This document shows, in pieces, positions 13,379 to 23,412 of a stretch of 64,000 nt of DNA (position 1 is the stretch's first letter; every line of letters begins with the position of its first letter). The translations under genes were made by a program, and so were the position numbers. Origin of the DNA: Mobula hypostoma (taxonomy: Eukaryota); contig NC_086097.1 in assembly GCF_963921235.1 (NCBI RefSeq), positions 146,074,001-146,138,000 of the forward strand, in the 5' to 3' direction. A model generated the notes under the pieces. It made no database searches and was not told the origin of the DNA. It saw only the letters and a program-made list of their open reading frames with translations.

Positions 13379-14628
13379 GTGGATGCAGCCTATAGAGAAG
13401 AAGTCATCACCCTGACACAGTGGTGTCAAGAAAACAACCTCTCCCTCAATGTCGCAAACACAAAGGAGCTGGTTGTGGATTACAGGAGGAATGGAGACAG
13501 GCTAACCCCTATTGACGTCAATGGATCTGGGGTTGAGAGGGTGAACAGCTTTAAGTTCCTCGGCATAAACATCACTGAGGGCCACATATGGTCTGTACGT
13601 ACCGGCTGTGTGATGGAAAAGGCACAGTGGAACCTCTTTCACCTCAGACGGTTGAAGTTTGGTATGTGCCTCCAAATGCTAAGAACTTTCTACAGGAGCA
13701 CAATGACAGCATCCTGACTGGCTGCATCACTGCCTGGTATGGGAACTGTACTTCCATGTATCACAGGACTCTGCAGAGAGTGGTGTGGACAGCCCAGCAC
13801 ATCTATAGATGTGAACTTCCCACTAGTCAGAACATTTACAAAGACAGGTGTGTAAAAAGGGCCCGAAGGATCACTGGAGACCTGAGTCACCCCAACTACA
13901 AACTGTTCCAGTTGCTACCATCCCGGAAATGGTACCGCAGCATAAAAGCCAGGCCCAAAAGGCTCCAAGACAACTTCTTCCACCAAGCCATCAGACTGCT
14001 TAATTCATGCTGATGTAACTGTATTTCTATTTTATATTGACTATCCTGTTGTACATAATACATAATATTTATTATAAATTACTATAATTGCACATTGTAC
14101 ATTTAGACGGAGATTTTTACTCCTCATGTACAAGGGGTGGTTGATAAGTTCGTGGCCTAGGATAGAAGGAGATGAGTTATTAACTTCAAACTTCCTGCAT
14201 TTTCACTCAGAGTTGAACTGAACGTGCATGTAACAAGAGCTGTATAACTCATCTCGTTCTACCTAAGGCCACAAACTTATCAATCACCCTTGCTGTGGAC
14301 CACCTGGAGATCCAAGATGCTCTCGTTGCATGCACATGCAGTTCAACTCTTGAGTGATTATGCAGAAAGTTTGAAGTTAAAACTCATCTCCTTCTACCTT
14401 AGGCCACGAACTTATCAATCATCTCTGCTGTGGAGCACTTCTACAAAGAAATGATCTGTATGCTCCAATGACCACTGGACTAAGTGTGTACAAGTAGGAG
14501 GGGACCATGTTGAAAAATAAATGTGCTAGGTTTTCTAAAATTGACTCCTTCTACCTTAGGCCACGAACTTATCAATCACCCCTCGTATATGAAGGATGTA
14601 AGTAATAAAGTCAATTCAATTCAATTCA
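13379..14628 (+). mobile_element. Rex1/Babar LINE, 5'-truncated (C-terminal RT and 3' UTR)
   Basis: AYREEVITLTQWCQENNLSLNVANTKELVVDYR..FKFLG; SILTGCITAWYG..LFQLLPS..FFHQAIRLLN; AATAAAG plus (TCAAT)n tail at 14604-14628. Confidence 0.88.
14131..14585 (+). mobile_element. Mariner-derived non-autonomous element (MITE) with TA TSD
   Basis: TIRs of about 40 bp (CAAGGGGTGGTTGATAAGTTCGTGGCCTA / TAGGCCACGAACTTATCAATCACCCCTCG) flanked by TA; transposase C-terminal remnant WTKCVQVGGDHVEK* at about 14477-14520. Confidence 0.85.
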
Positions 14629-15714
14629 CGCTGTCATTCCTCCATTTGAATATAGCAGGGCAGCACCAACAGGAAATGCCCTGCCGAGCACAGACACCAG
14701 ATTATAGTGCTTCCAGACTCTCACCTGGTCTGCTGTGTCAAGCAAGCCCGAGGCTTGAGGCCTCATTCTCACTACAACCGAGGCTACACAGCTCCCATGT
14801 GGTCTGCCGCCCCACCGGATAAGAGTAACAGGTCTGCAGCAACTTGCATTATCACTGTCCAACAGATCTTGCGATTGCAAGTGAAATGTCTGAGACAATC
14901 TCTCCTGCACCAACGTTGATGTTTCCAAGTAGCGGACAGCAACACAGTCTGCAGCCTGGCCAGCTCCTCAGAGCTCAAACTGGCACCTCCAAAATCCTGA
15001 CAGGCTCCACTGGTATCCCAACTAGCCCTTTCGACACCTTGGCTGGCTCTTCCAACACCATGGCTGGCTCCTTCAACCCCTCAGCCAGATCCTTCTCCAG
15101 CATCACGGCCAGCTCCTTCGACACCTTGGCTGGCTCTTTCGACATCACGGTGGGCTCCTTTGACACCTCCACTGCCAACACCAGGCCAGCTACACCAATC
15201 AAAGAAAAGCTCACTGATGGAGTAGCCTTGCAGTACCCGAAGTTCTTGGAATAGAAATGTCTTTGGATCATATAAAATAAATTTTTCAAAGGGAAAAAAA
15301 CACCTTTGGTTGGCCCTCGAGAGGCTGCTACATTCGCACGCATCTCCTTCTTAACGTAAGATGTTCTACGTAGCCAACGAAAAGGCAGGCATACTTGGGG
15401 CCATGGCTACTCCTTGAATCTGGAGAAAGTGGGAGGAGCCGATGTAAAATTGTTGAGGCTGAGGACCATTTCTGCCAGACAGAGGAGGTTGGTGGTGGAG
15501 GGGAACTGGTTGGTTCTATAATTGCAAAAGAAAATGAGAGCTTTAAGGTCTTGATGGGGCATAGATATAGGAACTGGACATCCATGGTGAAAATGAGGTG
15601 GTCAGGGCCAGGTTATTGAAAGTTAGTGAGGAGATTGAGAGCATGAGAAGTGTCGTGGATGTAGGTGGAAAGGGACTGAACCAAGGAGAATAGAGTGGAT
15701 TCAAGGTATGAGGA

Positions 15715-16331
15715 CGTAAACACGAGGAATTCTGCAGATGCTGGAGATTCAAGCAGCACACATCAAAGTTGCTGGTGAATGCAGCAGGCCAGGCAGCATC
15801 TCTAGAAAGAGGTACAGTCAACGTTTCAGGCCGAGACCCTTCGTCAGGACTAACTGAAGGAAGAGCTAGTGAGAGATTTGAAAGTGGGAGGGGGAGGGGA
15901 GATCCAAAATGATAGGAGAAGACAGGAGGGGGATGGATGGAGCCAAGAGCTGGACAGATATTGGCAAAAGGGATATGAGAGGATCATGGGACAGGAGGCC
16001 CAGGGAGAAGGAAAGGGAGGAGGGGGGGAAACCCAGAGGATGGGCAAGGGGTATAGTCAGAGGGACAGAGGGAGAAAAAGGACAGAGAGAGAAAGAATGT
16101 GTGTATATAAATAAATAACAGATGGGGTACGAGGGGGAGGTGGGGCATTAGCGGAAGTTAGAGAAGTCAATGTTCATGCCATCAGGTTGGAGGTTATCCA
16201 GATGGAATATAAGGTGTTGTTCCTCCAACCTGAGTGTGGCTTCATCTTTACAGTAGAAGAGGCCGTGGATAGACATATCAGAATGGGAATGGGATGTGGA
16301 ATTAAAATGTGTGGCCACTGGGAGATCCACG
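15715..16331 (-). mobile_element. Young Penelope 3' fragment with 11-bp TSD, inserted in the older Penelope
   Basis: TSD AGGTATGAGGA at 15704-15714 and 16332-16342; encodes the GIY-YIG C-terminus DLPVATHFNSTSHS..GMNIDFSNFR. Confidence 0.9.
15815..15852 (-). ncRNA. Minimal type I hammerhead ribozyme motif in Penelope pLTR
   Basis: Minus strand reads UAGUC-CUGACGA-AGGGUCUCGGCCU-GAAAC-GUU-GACUG, with a conserved core, stem II and stem I (AGUC/GACU). Confidence 0.7.
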
Positions 16332-16617
16332 AGGTATGAGGAAATGAGTTCAGTAGACTAGGAGCAGGCAGAAACAATAGGCTTAACCGGACAGTCAGGT
16401 TAGTGGATCTTGGATAGGAGGCAGAGGTGAGCAGCGTGGGGTAGGTAACTATAAGTTTGGTGGCAGGGGATAGGAGTTCTCCAAAGCTGATGAGGTCAGT
16501 GATGGTGTCAGAGTGGGGTCCCTCTTGAAGGGGTGGGTATTAGGAGGTGCTTGAGAGTTACGGTCTACCACATCAAAGTAGCGGTCTGTCCACCATACTA
16601 CAACAGCACCCCTTTAC

Positions 16618-16940
16618 TCTGCAGGATCGATGGTAAGGTTGGGATTGTCTGCAGGTTTGATGGTGAGGTTGGGATTGACTGCACGGTTGATGGTAAGAAT
16701 GGGATTGACTGCAGGTTTGATGGTAAGTTTGAGATTGTCTGCAGGATTGATGTTGAGGTTGGGGTTGTCTGCAGGTTTCATGGTGAGGTTGGGATTGTCT
16801 GTAAATTTGATGGTGAGGTTGGGATTGTCTGCAGGTTTGATGGTGAGGTTGGGATTGTCTGCAGGTTTGATGGGGAAGTTGGGATTGTCTGCTGGTTTGA
16901 TGGTAGGATGGGAATTGTCTGCAGCTTTGATGGTAAGGTT
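16618..16940. repeat. 30-bp minisatellite, about 10.7 copies, derived from Penelope RT coding sequence
   Basis: Unit consensus TCTGCAGGTTTGATGGTGAGGTTGGGATTG with an exact 30-bp period; the minus strand encodes NPNLTIKPAD. Confidence 0.92.
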
Positions 16941-17988
16941 AACGGTATAATTATTGAGTTAGTATTTATTTAATTCATTTGTAAAGATTTTTGAAGCATT
17001 AGATGAACAAAATGTCAATTCTGAATGATGAGTTTGACAATCTAGTCAAATGCAACAGAAGTTGCTTGAGTACAACACCTATATTTCTGCATATGTACAG
17101 TATGTGGTCAGCAAATTCTCCATTTTTCTGTCACACATGATGTTACCCATCCTGCTGAATATAGCCAGCATTTTGTTTTTATTCTTTTAGATTTCTAGGG
17201 TTTGCAGTTTTTCACTGCAGCAACAAAAGATCGGCTGGAGGAATTTAGTAGATCAAGCAACATCAATAGCAGGAAAGGAATTGTCAAAATTTTGGGCTGA
17301 ATCACTTTATCAGGCTCAGCCTTTTGAGTTCCTGAGGCAGATTGCTTGTTGCTTCCAACTCCAGCATCTTCGGTTTCTTTTTTTCTACTGTTCTTGTCCT
17401 TTTCATTTACTACAGTGTGTAATGTATTAAATGAACAGATTGCACTTGACCAATTTCACCACACTGCAGAAGAAAATGACAACATTCGCTGTTATGTATG
17501 AAAACACAGATTATCATCAAACTCTTGACTCAATGATATTCATTGCACTCACAGCCAGAGAAGCAAACACTGAGTTAGTTGTAAAGTGCAGTAACAACTA
17601 CTGTGTAGACAACTGTGGCAGTCTCAAGCATGTACCAGTAAGTGAATAAATGAATTCATTATCAGCTTTGAGCAGTGTTGGTTGTTGGATATACGTTGGT
17701 AAGGAGAGTGTAAGAGCTGTTACTTTTCATTAAAGAGTGTCATAGTATCATTTACATTGCTCTGAATAGGTAGATAGAGCAATTGCTTAACAGTGCAAGT
17801 AAGCGTTCCCCCCTCCAACAATGCAACGGGAAAATTTCAGCCTGGACTATATCTGGAAAGGAGTTAGAAATCAAACTTGATTTCAGTTCTTAAACACAAG
17901 GAATTCTGCAGATGCTGGAAATTCAAGCAACACACATCAAAATTGCTGGTGAACACAGCAGGCCAGGCAGCATCTCTAGGAAGAGGTA

Positions 17989-18026
17989 CAGTCGACGTTT
18001 CGGGCTGAGACCCTTCGTCAGGACTA
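17989..18026 (-). ncRNA. Minimal type I hammerhead ribozyme motif in Penelope pLTR (best-preserved copy)
   Basis: Minus strand reads UAGUC-CUGACGA-A-GGGU(CUCA)GCCC-GAAAC-GUC-GACUG. Confidence 0.72.
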
Positions 18027-19145
18027 ACTGAAGGAAAAGCTAGTGAGAGATTTGAAAGTGGGAGGGGGAGGGGAGATCCAAAATGATAGGAGAAGACAGG
18101 AGGGGGAGGGATGGAGCCAAGAGCTGGACAGGTATTGGCAAAAGGGATATGAGAGGATCATGGGACAAGAGGCCCAGGGAGAAGGAAAGTGGGGAGGGGG
18201 GGAAAACCCAGAGGATGGGCAAGGGATATAGTGAGAGGGACAGAGGGAGAAAAAGGAGAGAGAGAGAAAGAATGTGTGTATATAAATAAATAACAGATGG
18301 GTTACGAGGGGGAGGTGGGGCATTGGCGGAAGTTAGAGAAGTCAATGTTCATGCCATCAGGTTGGAGGCTATCCAGATGGAATATAAGGTGTTGTTCCTC
18401 CAACCTGAGTGTGGCTTCATCTTTACAGTAGAGGAGGCGTGGATAGACATATCAGAATTGGAATGGGATGTGGGATTAAAATGTGTGGCCACTGGGAGAT
18501 CCTGCTTTCTCTGGCGGACAGAGCGTAGGTGTGCACCCAATGGAAATTGGATGTAGCGTATACTGCGTCCGGTGCTCCCGATGTGGCCTTCTATATATTG
18601 GCGAGACCCGACGCAGACTGGCAGATCGTTTTGCTGAACACCTGCGCTCTGTCTGCCAGAGAAAGCAGGATCTCCCAGTGGCCACACATTTTAATTCCAC
18701 ATCCCATTCCCGTTCTGATATGTTTATCCACGCCTCCTCTACTGTGAAGATGAAGCCACACTCAGGTTGGAGGAACAACACCTTATATTCCGTCTGGGTA
18801 GCCTCCAACCTGATGGCATGAACATTGACTTCTCTAACTTCCGCTAATGCCCCACCTCCCCCTCGTACCCCATCCGTTATTTATATACACACATTCTTTC
18901 TCTCTCTCTCCTTTTTCTCCCTTTGTCCCTCTGACTATACCCCTTGCCCATCCTCTGGGATTTTGTTTCCCCCCTCCCCCTTTTCCTTCTCCCTGGGCCT
19001 CCTGTCCCATGATCCTCTCATATCCCTTTTGCCAATCAACTGTCCAGCTCTTGGCTCCATCCCTCCCCCTCCTGTCTTCTCCTATCATTTCAGATCTTCC
19101 CCTCCCCCTCCCACTTTCAAATCTCTTACTAGCTCTTCCTTCAGT

Positions 19146-19183
19146 TAGTCCTGACGAAGGGTCTCGGCCCGAAACGTCAACTG
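19146..19183 (+). ncRNA. Minimal hammerhead ribozyme motif in Penelope pLTR (stem I mismatch)
   Basis: UAGUC-CUGACGA-A-GGGU(CUCG)GCCC-GAAAC-GUC-AACUG. Confidence 0.62.
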
Positions 19184-20134
19184 TACCTCTTTCTAGAGAC
19201 AATGCCTGGCCTGCTGCATTCACCAGCAACTTTGATGTGTGTTGCTTGATTTCAGTTCTTCTCACCTTGATTCCTTATGTGAAATGCTGCAGATTTGAGG
19301 CTAATTTCTTTGCACCCTATGCTTTGTAAGTGTGAGATGTTATTTTTGTAAGTGATGATAATTATTTATTATATGATGAGATTGGGACATGTACTAGATG
19401 GAATTCAAAGAAAAGTTTCTTTCCTCAATACCTACAGGAAGTTGGAGACTGAATTGCTTGTGATATTTGTTCATCTTGTTCATGAATTTCATAGTTCTTT
19501 CTTTGTAACCTTGAAATCAAAAACATTGATTTTTTTATTATTCATTAACAGGATATGAACTTTATTGACTGGGTAAGAACTTATTGTTCCTGAAGCATTT
19601 ACCTTCCAAGTATAGGCCAAAAAAGGACAGCAGGCATTCTTTCCTGAAGAATAATCGTGAAACAAATGGGTTTTAGAACAACCTAGTAGCTTCCTAGTTA
19701 CACTTACTGAAGCTACCTTGGTTAGAAAAAAATGACATCTAGCTACTTAAAGTTAAATCCCCCAACTGCCGCACTGTGATCTGAACTCATATTTCTAGAT
19801 CAATGACCCAGATCTCTGGCTGCGAGCCCAGTAATTTAACTATTGCACTACCATACATCCATGAAGAAATGCACACTGCTACAGTGCTATTAAGTGAGAC
19901 TTTGCCTCTAGTATTGTAAGTCAGTATTTCCATTGGATGGAGTTACTGAACTTTACTTTTGGAGAAACTCAGCAATTCTGTTAACCCAAGCCATTTGTAT
20001 GTCATTAGGTAACCCATGAGCAGAACATCTTCAATGGCCATCCCAAGCTCCCATTGCATGCTATTGCAACTTCCCTACTAATTTTCTCACCATCTGACCA
20101 TCCTCAGCTTTTTCCACGCCCAAAGCAAACTAAA

Positions 20135-22165
20135 GGTAGGTTCAGAGAACATTTGCATGGAGTTCTGCAGAGGAATGTTCCATTGAGGCAGGGAAAGGCT
20201 TGTAGAATGAAAGAACCATGGTGTACAAATTATGTAGAAAATCTAGTTCAGAAGAGAAGAAAAGAAAAGCTTACAAAAGGTTTGAGAAACTAGGTGCTGC
20301 AAGAGCTCTAAAAAAGTACAAGGTTGCTAGGAAGGAGCTTAAGAATGGAATTAGGAGAGCCAGAAAGGGCCACAAGAAGGCCTTGGTGAGCAGGATTAAG
20401 GAAAACCCCAAGGCATTCTACAAGTATGTGAGGATCAAGAGGACAAGCCATGTGAGAATAGGATCAATCACGTGCGATAGTGGAAACGTGTACATGGAGT
20501 CGGAGGAGGTAGCAGAGGTACTTAATAAACACTTTGCTTCAGTATTCACCAGGGAAAAAGACCTTGGCAATTGTCGCGATGACTTACAGCGGACTGTAAC
20601 GCTTGAGAATATAGACATTAAGAAACAGAATGTGCTGGAGCTTTTGAAAAGTATTAAGTCAGATAAGTCACCAGGACCGGATGAGACATACCCCAGGCTA
20701 CTATGGGAGGTGAGGGAGGAGACTGCTGAGTCTCTTGCAATGATCTTTGCGTCATCAATAGGGATGGGAGAAGTACTGGAGGATTGAAGGGTTGCAAATG
20801 TTGTTCCCTTGTTCAAGAAAGGGAATAGAGATAACAGATGAAATTATAGACCAGTGAGTCTGACATCAGTCGTGGGCAAGTTGTTGGAGAAGATCCTGAG
20901 AGGCAGGATTTATGTGCATTTGGAGAAACATACTCTGATTAGGGATAGTCAGCATGGCTTTGTCAAGAGCAGGTCATGCCTTATGAGCCTGATTGAATTC
21001 TTTGAGGATGTAACAAAACAAATTAATGAAGGTAGAGCAGTGGAAGTAGGGTATATGGATTTCAGAACGGTATTTGATAAGGTTCCCAATGCAAGGCTCC
21101 TTCAGAAATTAAGGAGGCATGGGATCCAAGGAGACCTTGCTTTGTGGATCCAGAATTGGCTTGTCCACAGAAGGCAAAGGGTGATTGTAGGTTGTTCATA
21201 TTCTGCATGGAGGATGGTGATAAGTGGTGTTCTGCAGGGACCTGTTCTGGGACCCCTCCACTTTGTTATTTTTATAAATGACCTGGATGAAGTAGAAGGG
21301 TGAGTTAGTAAGTTTGCTGATGACACAAAGGTTGGGGGTGTTGTGAATAGTCTGGAGAGTTGTCAGAGATTACTGTGTGACATTGCATTACTGTGTGATG
21401 CAGAACTGGGCTGAGAAGTGGCAGATGGACTTCAACCCGGATAAGTGTGAAGTGGTTCACTTTGGTAGGTCCAATTTGAAGACAGAATATAATATAAATG
21501 GTAAGACTCTTGGTAGTGTGGAGGATCTGAGAGATCTTGAGGTCCGTGTCGATAAAAGTTGCTGCACAGGTTGACAGTGTTGTTAAGAAAGCACATGGTG
21601 TGTTGGCATTCATCAACCGTGGGATTGAGTTCAAGAGCCATGAGGTAATGTTACGGCTATATAAGACCTTGGTCAGACTCTACTGTGTTCAGTTCTGATC
21701 ACCTCACTACAGGAAGGATGTGGACACTACAGAGAGATTGCAGAGGAGATTTACAAGGATTGGAGGGCATACCTTACGAGAATAGGTTGTGTGTATTTGG
21801 CCTTTTCTCCTTGGAGCAATGGAGATGAGAGGTGATGTGATAGAGATGTATAAGATGATGAGGATCATTGATTGTGTGGATAGCCAGAGGCTTTTTCCCC
21901 AGGTGAAATGGCTAACATGAGGGGGCATAGTTTTAAGGTGCTTGGAAATAGGTACCAAGGGATGTCAGGGGATGTCAGCGTGGTGGAAGTGGATACAATA
22001 GGGTCTTTTATGAGCCTCTTAGTTAGGTACATGGAGCTTATAAAAATAAAAGGCTATGCACTAAGGAAATTCTAGGCAGTCTCTAGAGTAGGTTACATGG
22101 TTGGCCTAACATTGTGGGCTGAAAGGCCTTTAATGTGCTGTAAATTTCTATGTTCTATGTTCTAA
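20135..22165 (+). mobile_element. CR1 LINE, 5'-truncated (RT region and 3' UTR)
   Basis: ORFs 20218-20787 and 20854-21303 (KSPGPDETYPRLL; SQHGFVKSRSCLMSLIEFFE; GVLQGPVLGPLHFVIFINDLD); (TTCTATG)n tail at 22146-22164. Confidence 0.92.
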
Positions 22166-22790
22166 AGTAACAACAGCTCATATTCACCCTGGGTGATCTA
22201 TACCCCAATCATATTGACAATGAATTTTCCAATTTCAGATACTCCTTACTTTCTGTGCCTGCCCCCCAATCTCTCTCCTTTTGGTCCACTTTCAGCCCCA
22301 CATCATCCATTATCATACCCCTTTCCCTCTTGGTTCCAAGCACCTACTATGACATACTTTTTATCTGTTGGTTCCCTCTCCTCTATTTGATCCCTTTTGC
22401 CCTTCACCTCTCCCCCAATAATACACATTATCATTTTCCTTACTTGTTAGACTCCAGCACTGGCAACCTTTGTATTCTTCCCTGTCTCCCGCTTCGCACT
22501 CCTGTCCCCTTACCTGGCTCCATCTGCCTTTTTTTGCTTGCCTCCACTTTTTATCTACCTGCCTGCCTCCCGGCTCTCCATGTTTCCCCAGCCTGGCTCC
22601 ATCTCCCCGTGCTTCACCCTGCCCGGGCCCTCCAATCACTTATTGGCCCCTGCCTCACCCCTTCCCCTCTCCACTCTCAGTTCTGATGTACGGTTTCGAC
22701 CAAGACTCAATTTCTTCACCTCTCCCACACTCAGCACACACTCCCCAAAGATGTTGCTCAACCCATGGACTTCCTTCAGAAAAACGTTTG
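22165..22790 (+). mobile_element. Decayed Penelope 3' end and pLTR
   Basis: AACAACAGCTCATATTCACCCTGGG..ATTGACAATGAATTTTCCAATTTCAG resembles the EQHLIFRLG..MNIDFSNF terminus; followed by a pyrimidine-rich UTR and a decayed CTGATG hammerhead near 22683. Confidence 0.6.
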
Positions 22791-23202
22791 TTGCTCGTTT
22801 TATCTGTCTGTTCCTGGGGCTTGATACAAAGTACCTATATTTCACTATCCCATACTGACATCCTTCAGAAAGGAAAGATCAATTATTAAAAAAAAACTGC
22901 ATCCCTTCCATTTTCTCTTAGAGTGGAACCTTTAGATTTTCAGGTATTGGTGCACCAGTATTTAAACCTAGTCCTTATACCTTTAATGGCATTGAAACCA
23001 TTCCATAGAAACCCATATGAGGAAGGTGTACACCTACCAACTGCAGTTCCTAAGAAGAATATTCCATGTAATTCACTTGCAATCAAGTAGTAATATTTGT
23101 AGCAGTAGTCATGATTTATCTATGGAGAAGGATGGCACCCAACACACAATGAATAAAGAACAACTGATCAAAATCAAATAAACCATTTTTAACTTATCAG
23201 TC

Positions 23203-23412
23203 TGCTGTGTAATTGATATTTCAGTAATATTGAATATATAGTTTCATTAAGTATTCCTGTTTTTTAAAATAATTAATTACAGGTTATATGTGAATTGCAT
23301 ACGTCATCACGCTACCATGTGAAACGTGTGCACATCGCTTAAAGTAAAGACAAAATTCCACCTGAATTCCCAGATTTCTGTGTCTTTCTTTGAATTAGTT
23401 TAATGTTTTAAG
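23203..23412 (+). mobile_element. Gypsy-related solo LTR (5' part; the last ~28 bp resume at 28763-28790)
   Basis: Colinear similarity to the LTR at 49006-49251 (TATTTCAGTAATATT..ATTAAG.ATTC..AATTAGTTT.ATGTTTT). Confidence 0.65.

Larger units (their letters stand above)
13160..15350 (-). mobile_element. Non-autonomous retroelement with (TTGAT)n tail and internal ~21-bp tandem repeats, nested in the Penelope RT
   Basis: Minus-strand tail ...TAATTAAACTTGGTTTGATTTGATT at 13160-13185; body resumes at 14629; GGCTCCTTCGACACC-like repeats at 15000-15190; no RT. Confidence 0.5.
12185..16940 (-). mobile_element. Older Penelope-like element (pLTR, GIY-YIG, RT) split by nested insertions
   Basis: GIY-YIG (VVHCVWCSSCSLLYIGETPRKL), RT (FLHYTDNCIG..LKFTWS..DIFYKPTDS); the RT motif GPKYACLFVGYVE|SMFQAF is broken between 15360 and 13157; the RT N-terminal IKPA.KG.AVVVW motif lies at about 16590-16650. 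Confidence 0.85.
17892..19249. mobile_element. Inverted (head-to-head, 3' ends outward) pair of Penelope 3' fragments within one TSD
   Basis: Left arm 17892-18532 (-) and right arm about 18566-19249 (+); GIY-YIG VYCVRCSRCGLLYIGETRRRLADRFAEH; TSD CTTGATTTCAGTTCTT at 17876-17891 and 19245-19260. Confidence 0.92.

Noticed and set aside
14844..15343. Ser/Thr-rich and Glu/Lys-rich ORFs on opposite strands
   Set aside because: They arise from ~21-bp tandem repeats inside a nested repeat element.
16618..16940. CRISPR-like or telomeric array
   Set aside because: The units are contiguous with no unique spacers, no cas genes are present, and there are no TTAGGG repeats.
16533..16973. 146-aa and 106-aa repeat-protein-like ORFs (GIVCRFDGEV / MVRLGLSAGL repeats)
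   Set aside because: They are translations of the 30-bp minisatellite on the strand opposite the Penelope RT frame; there is no evidence of a gene.
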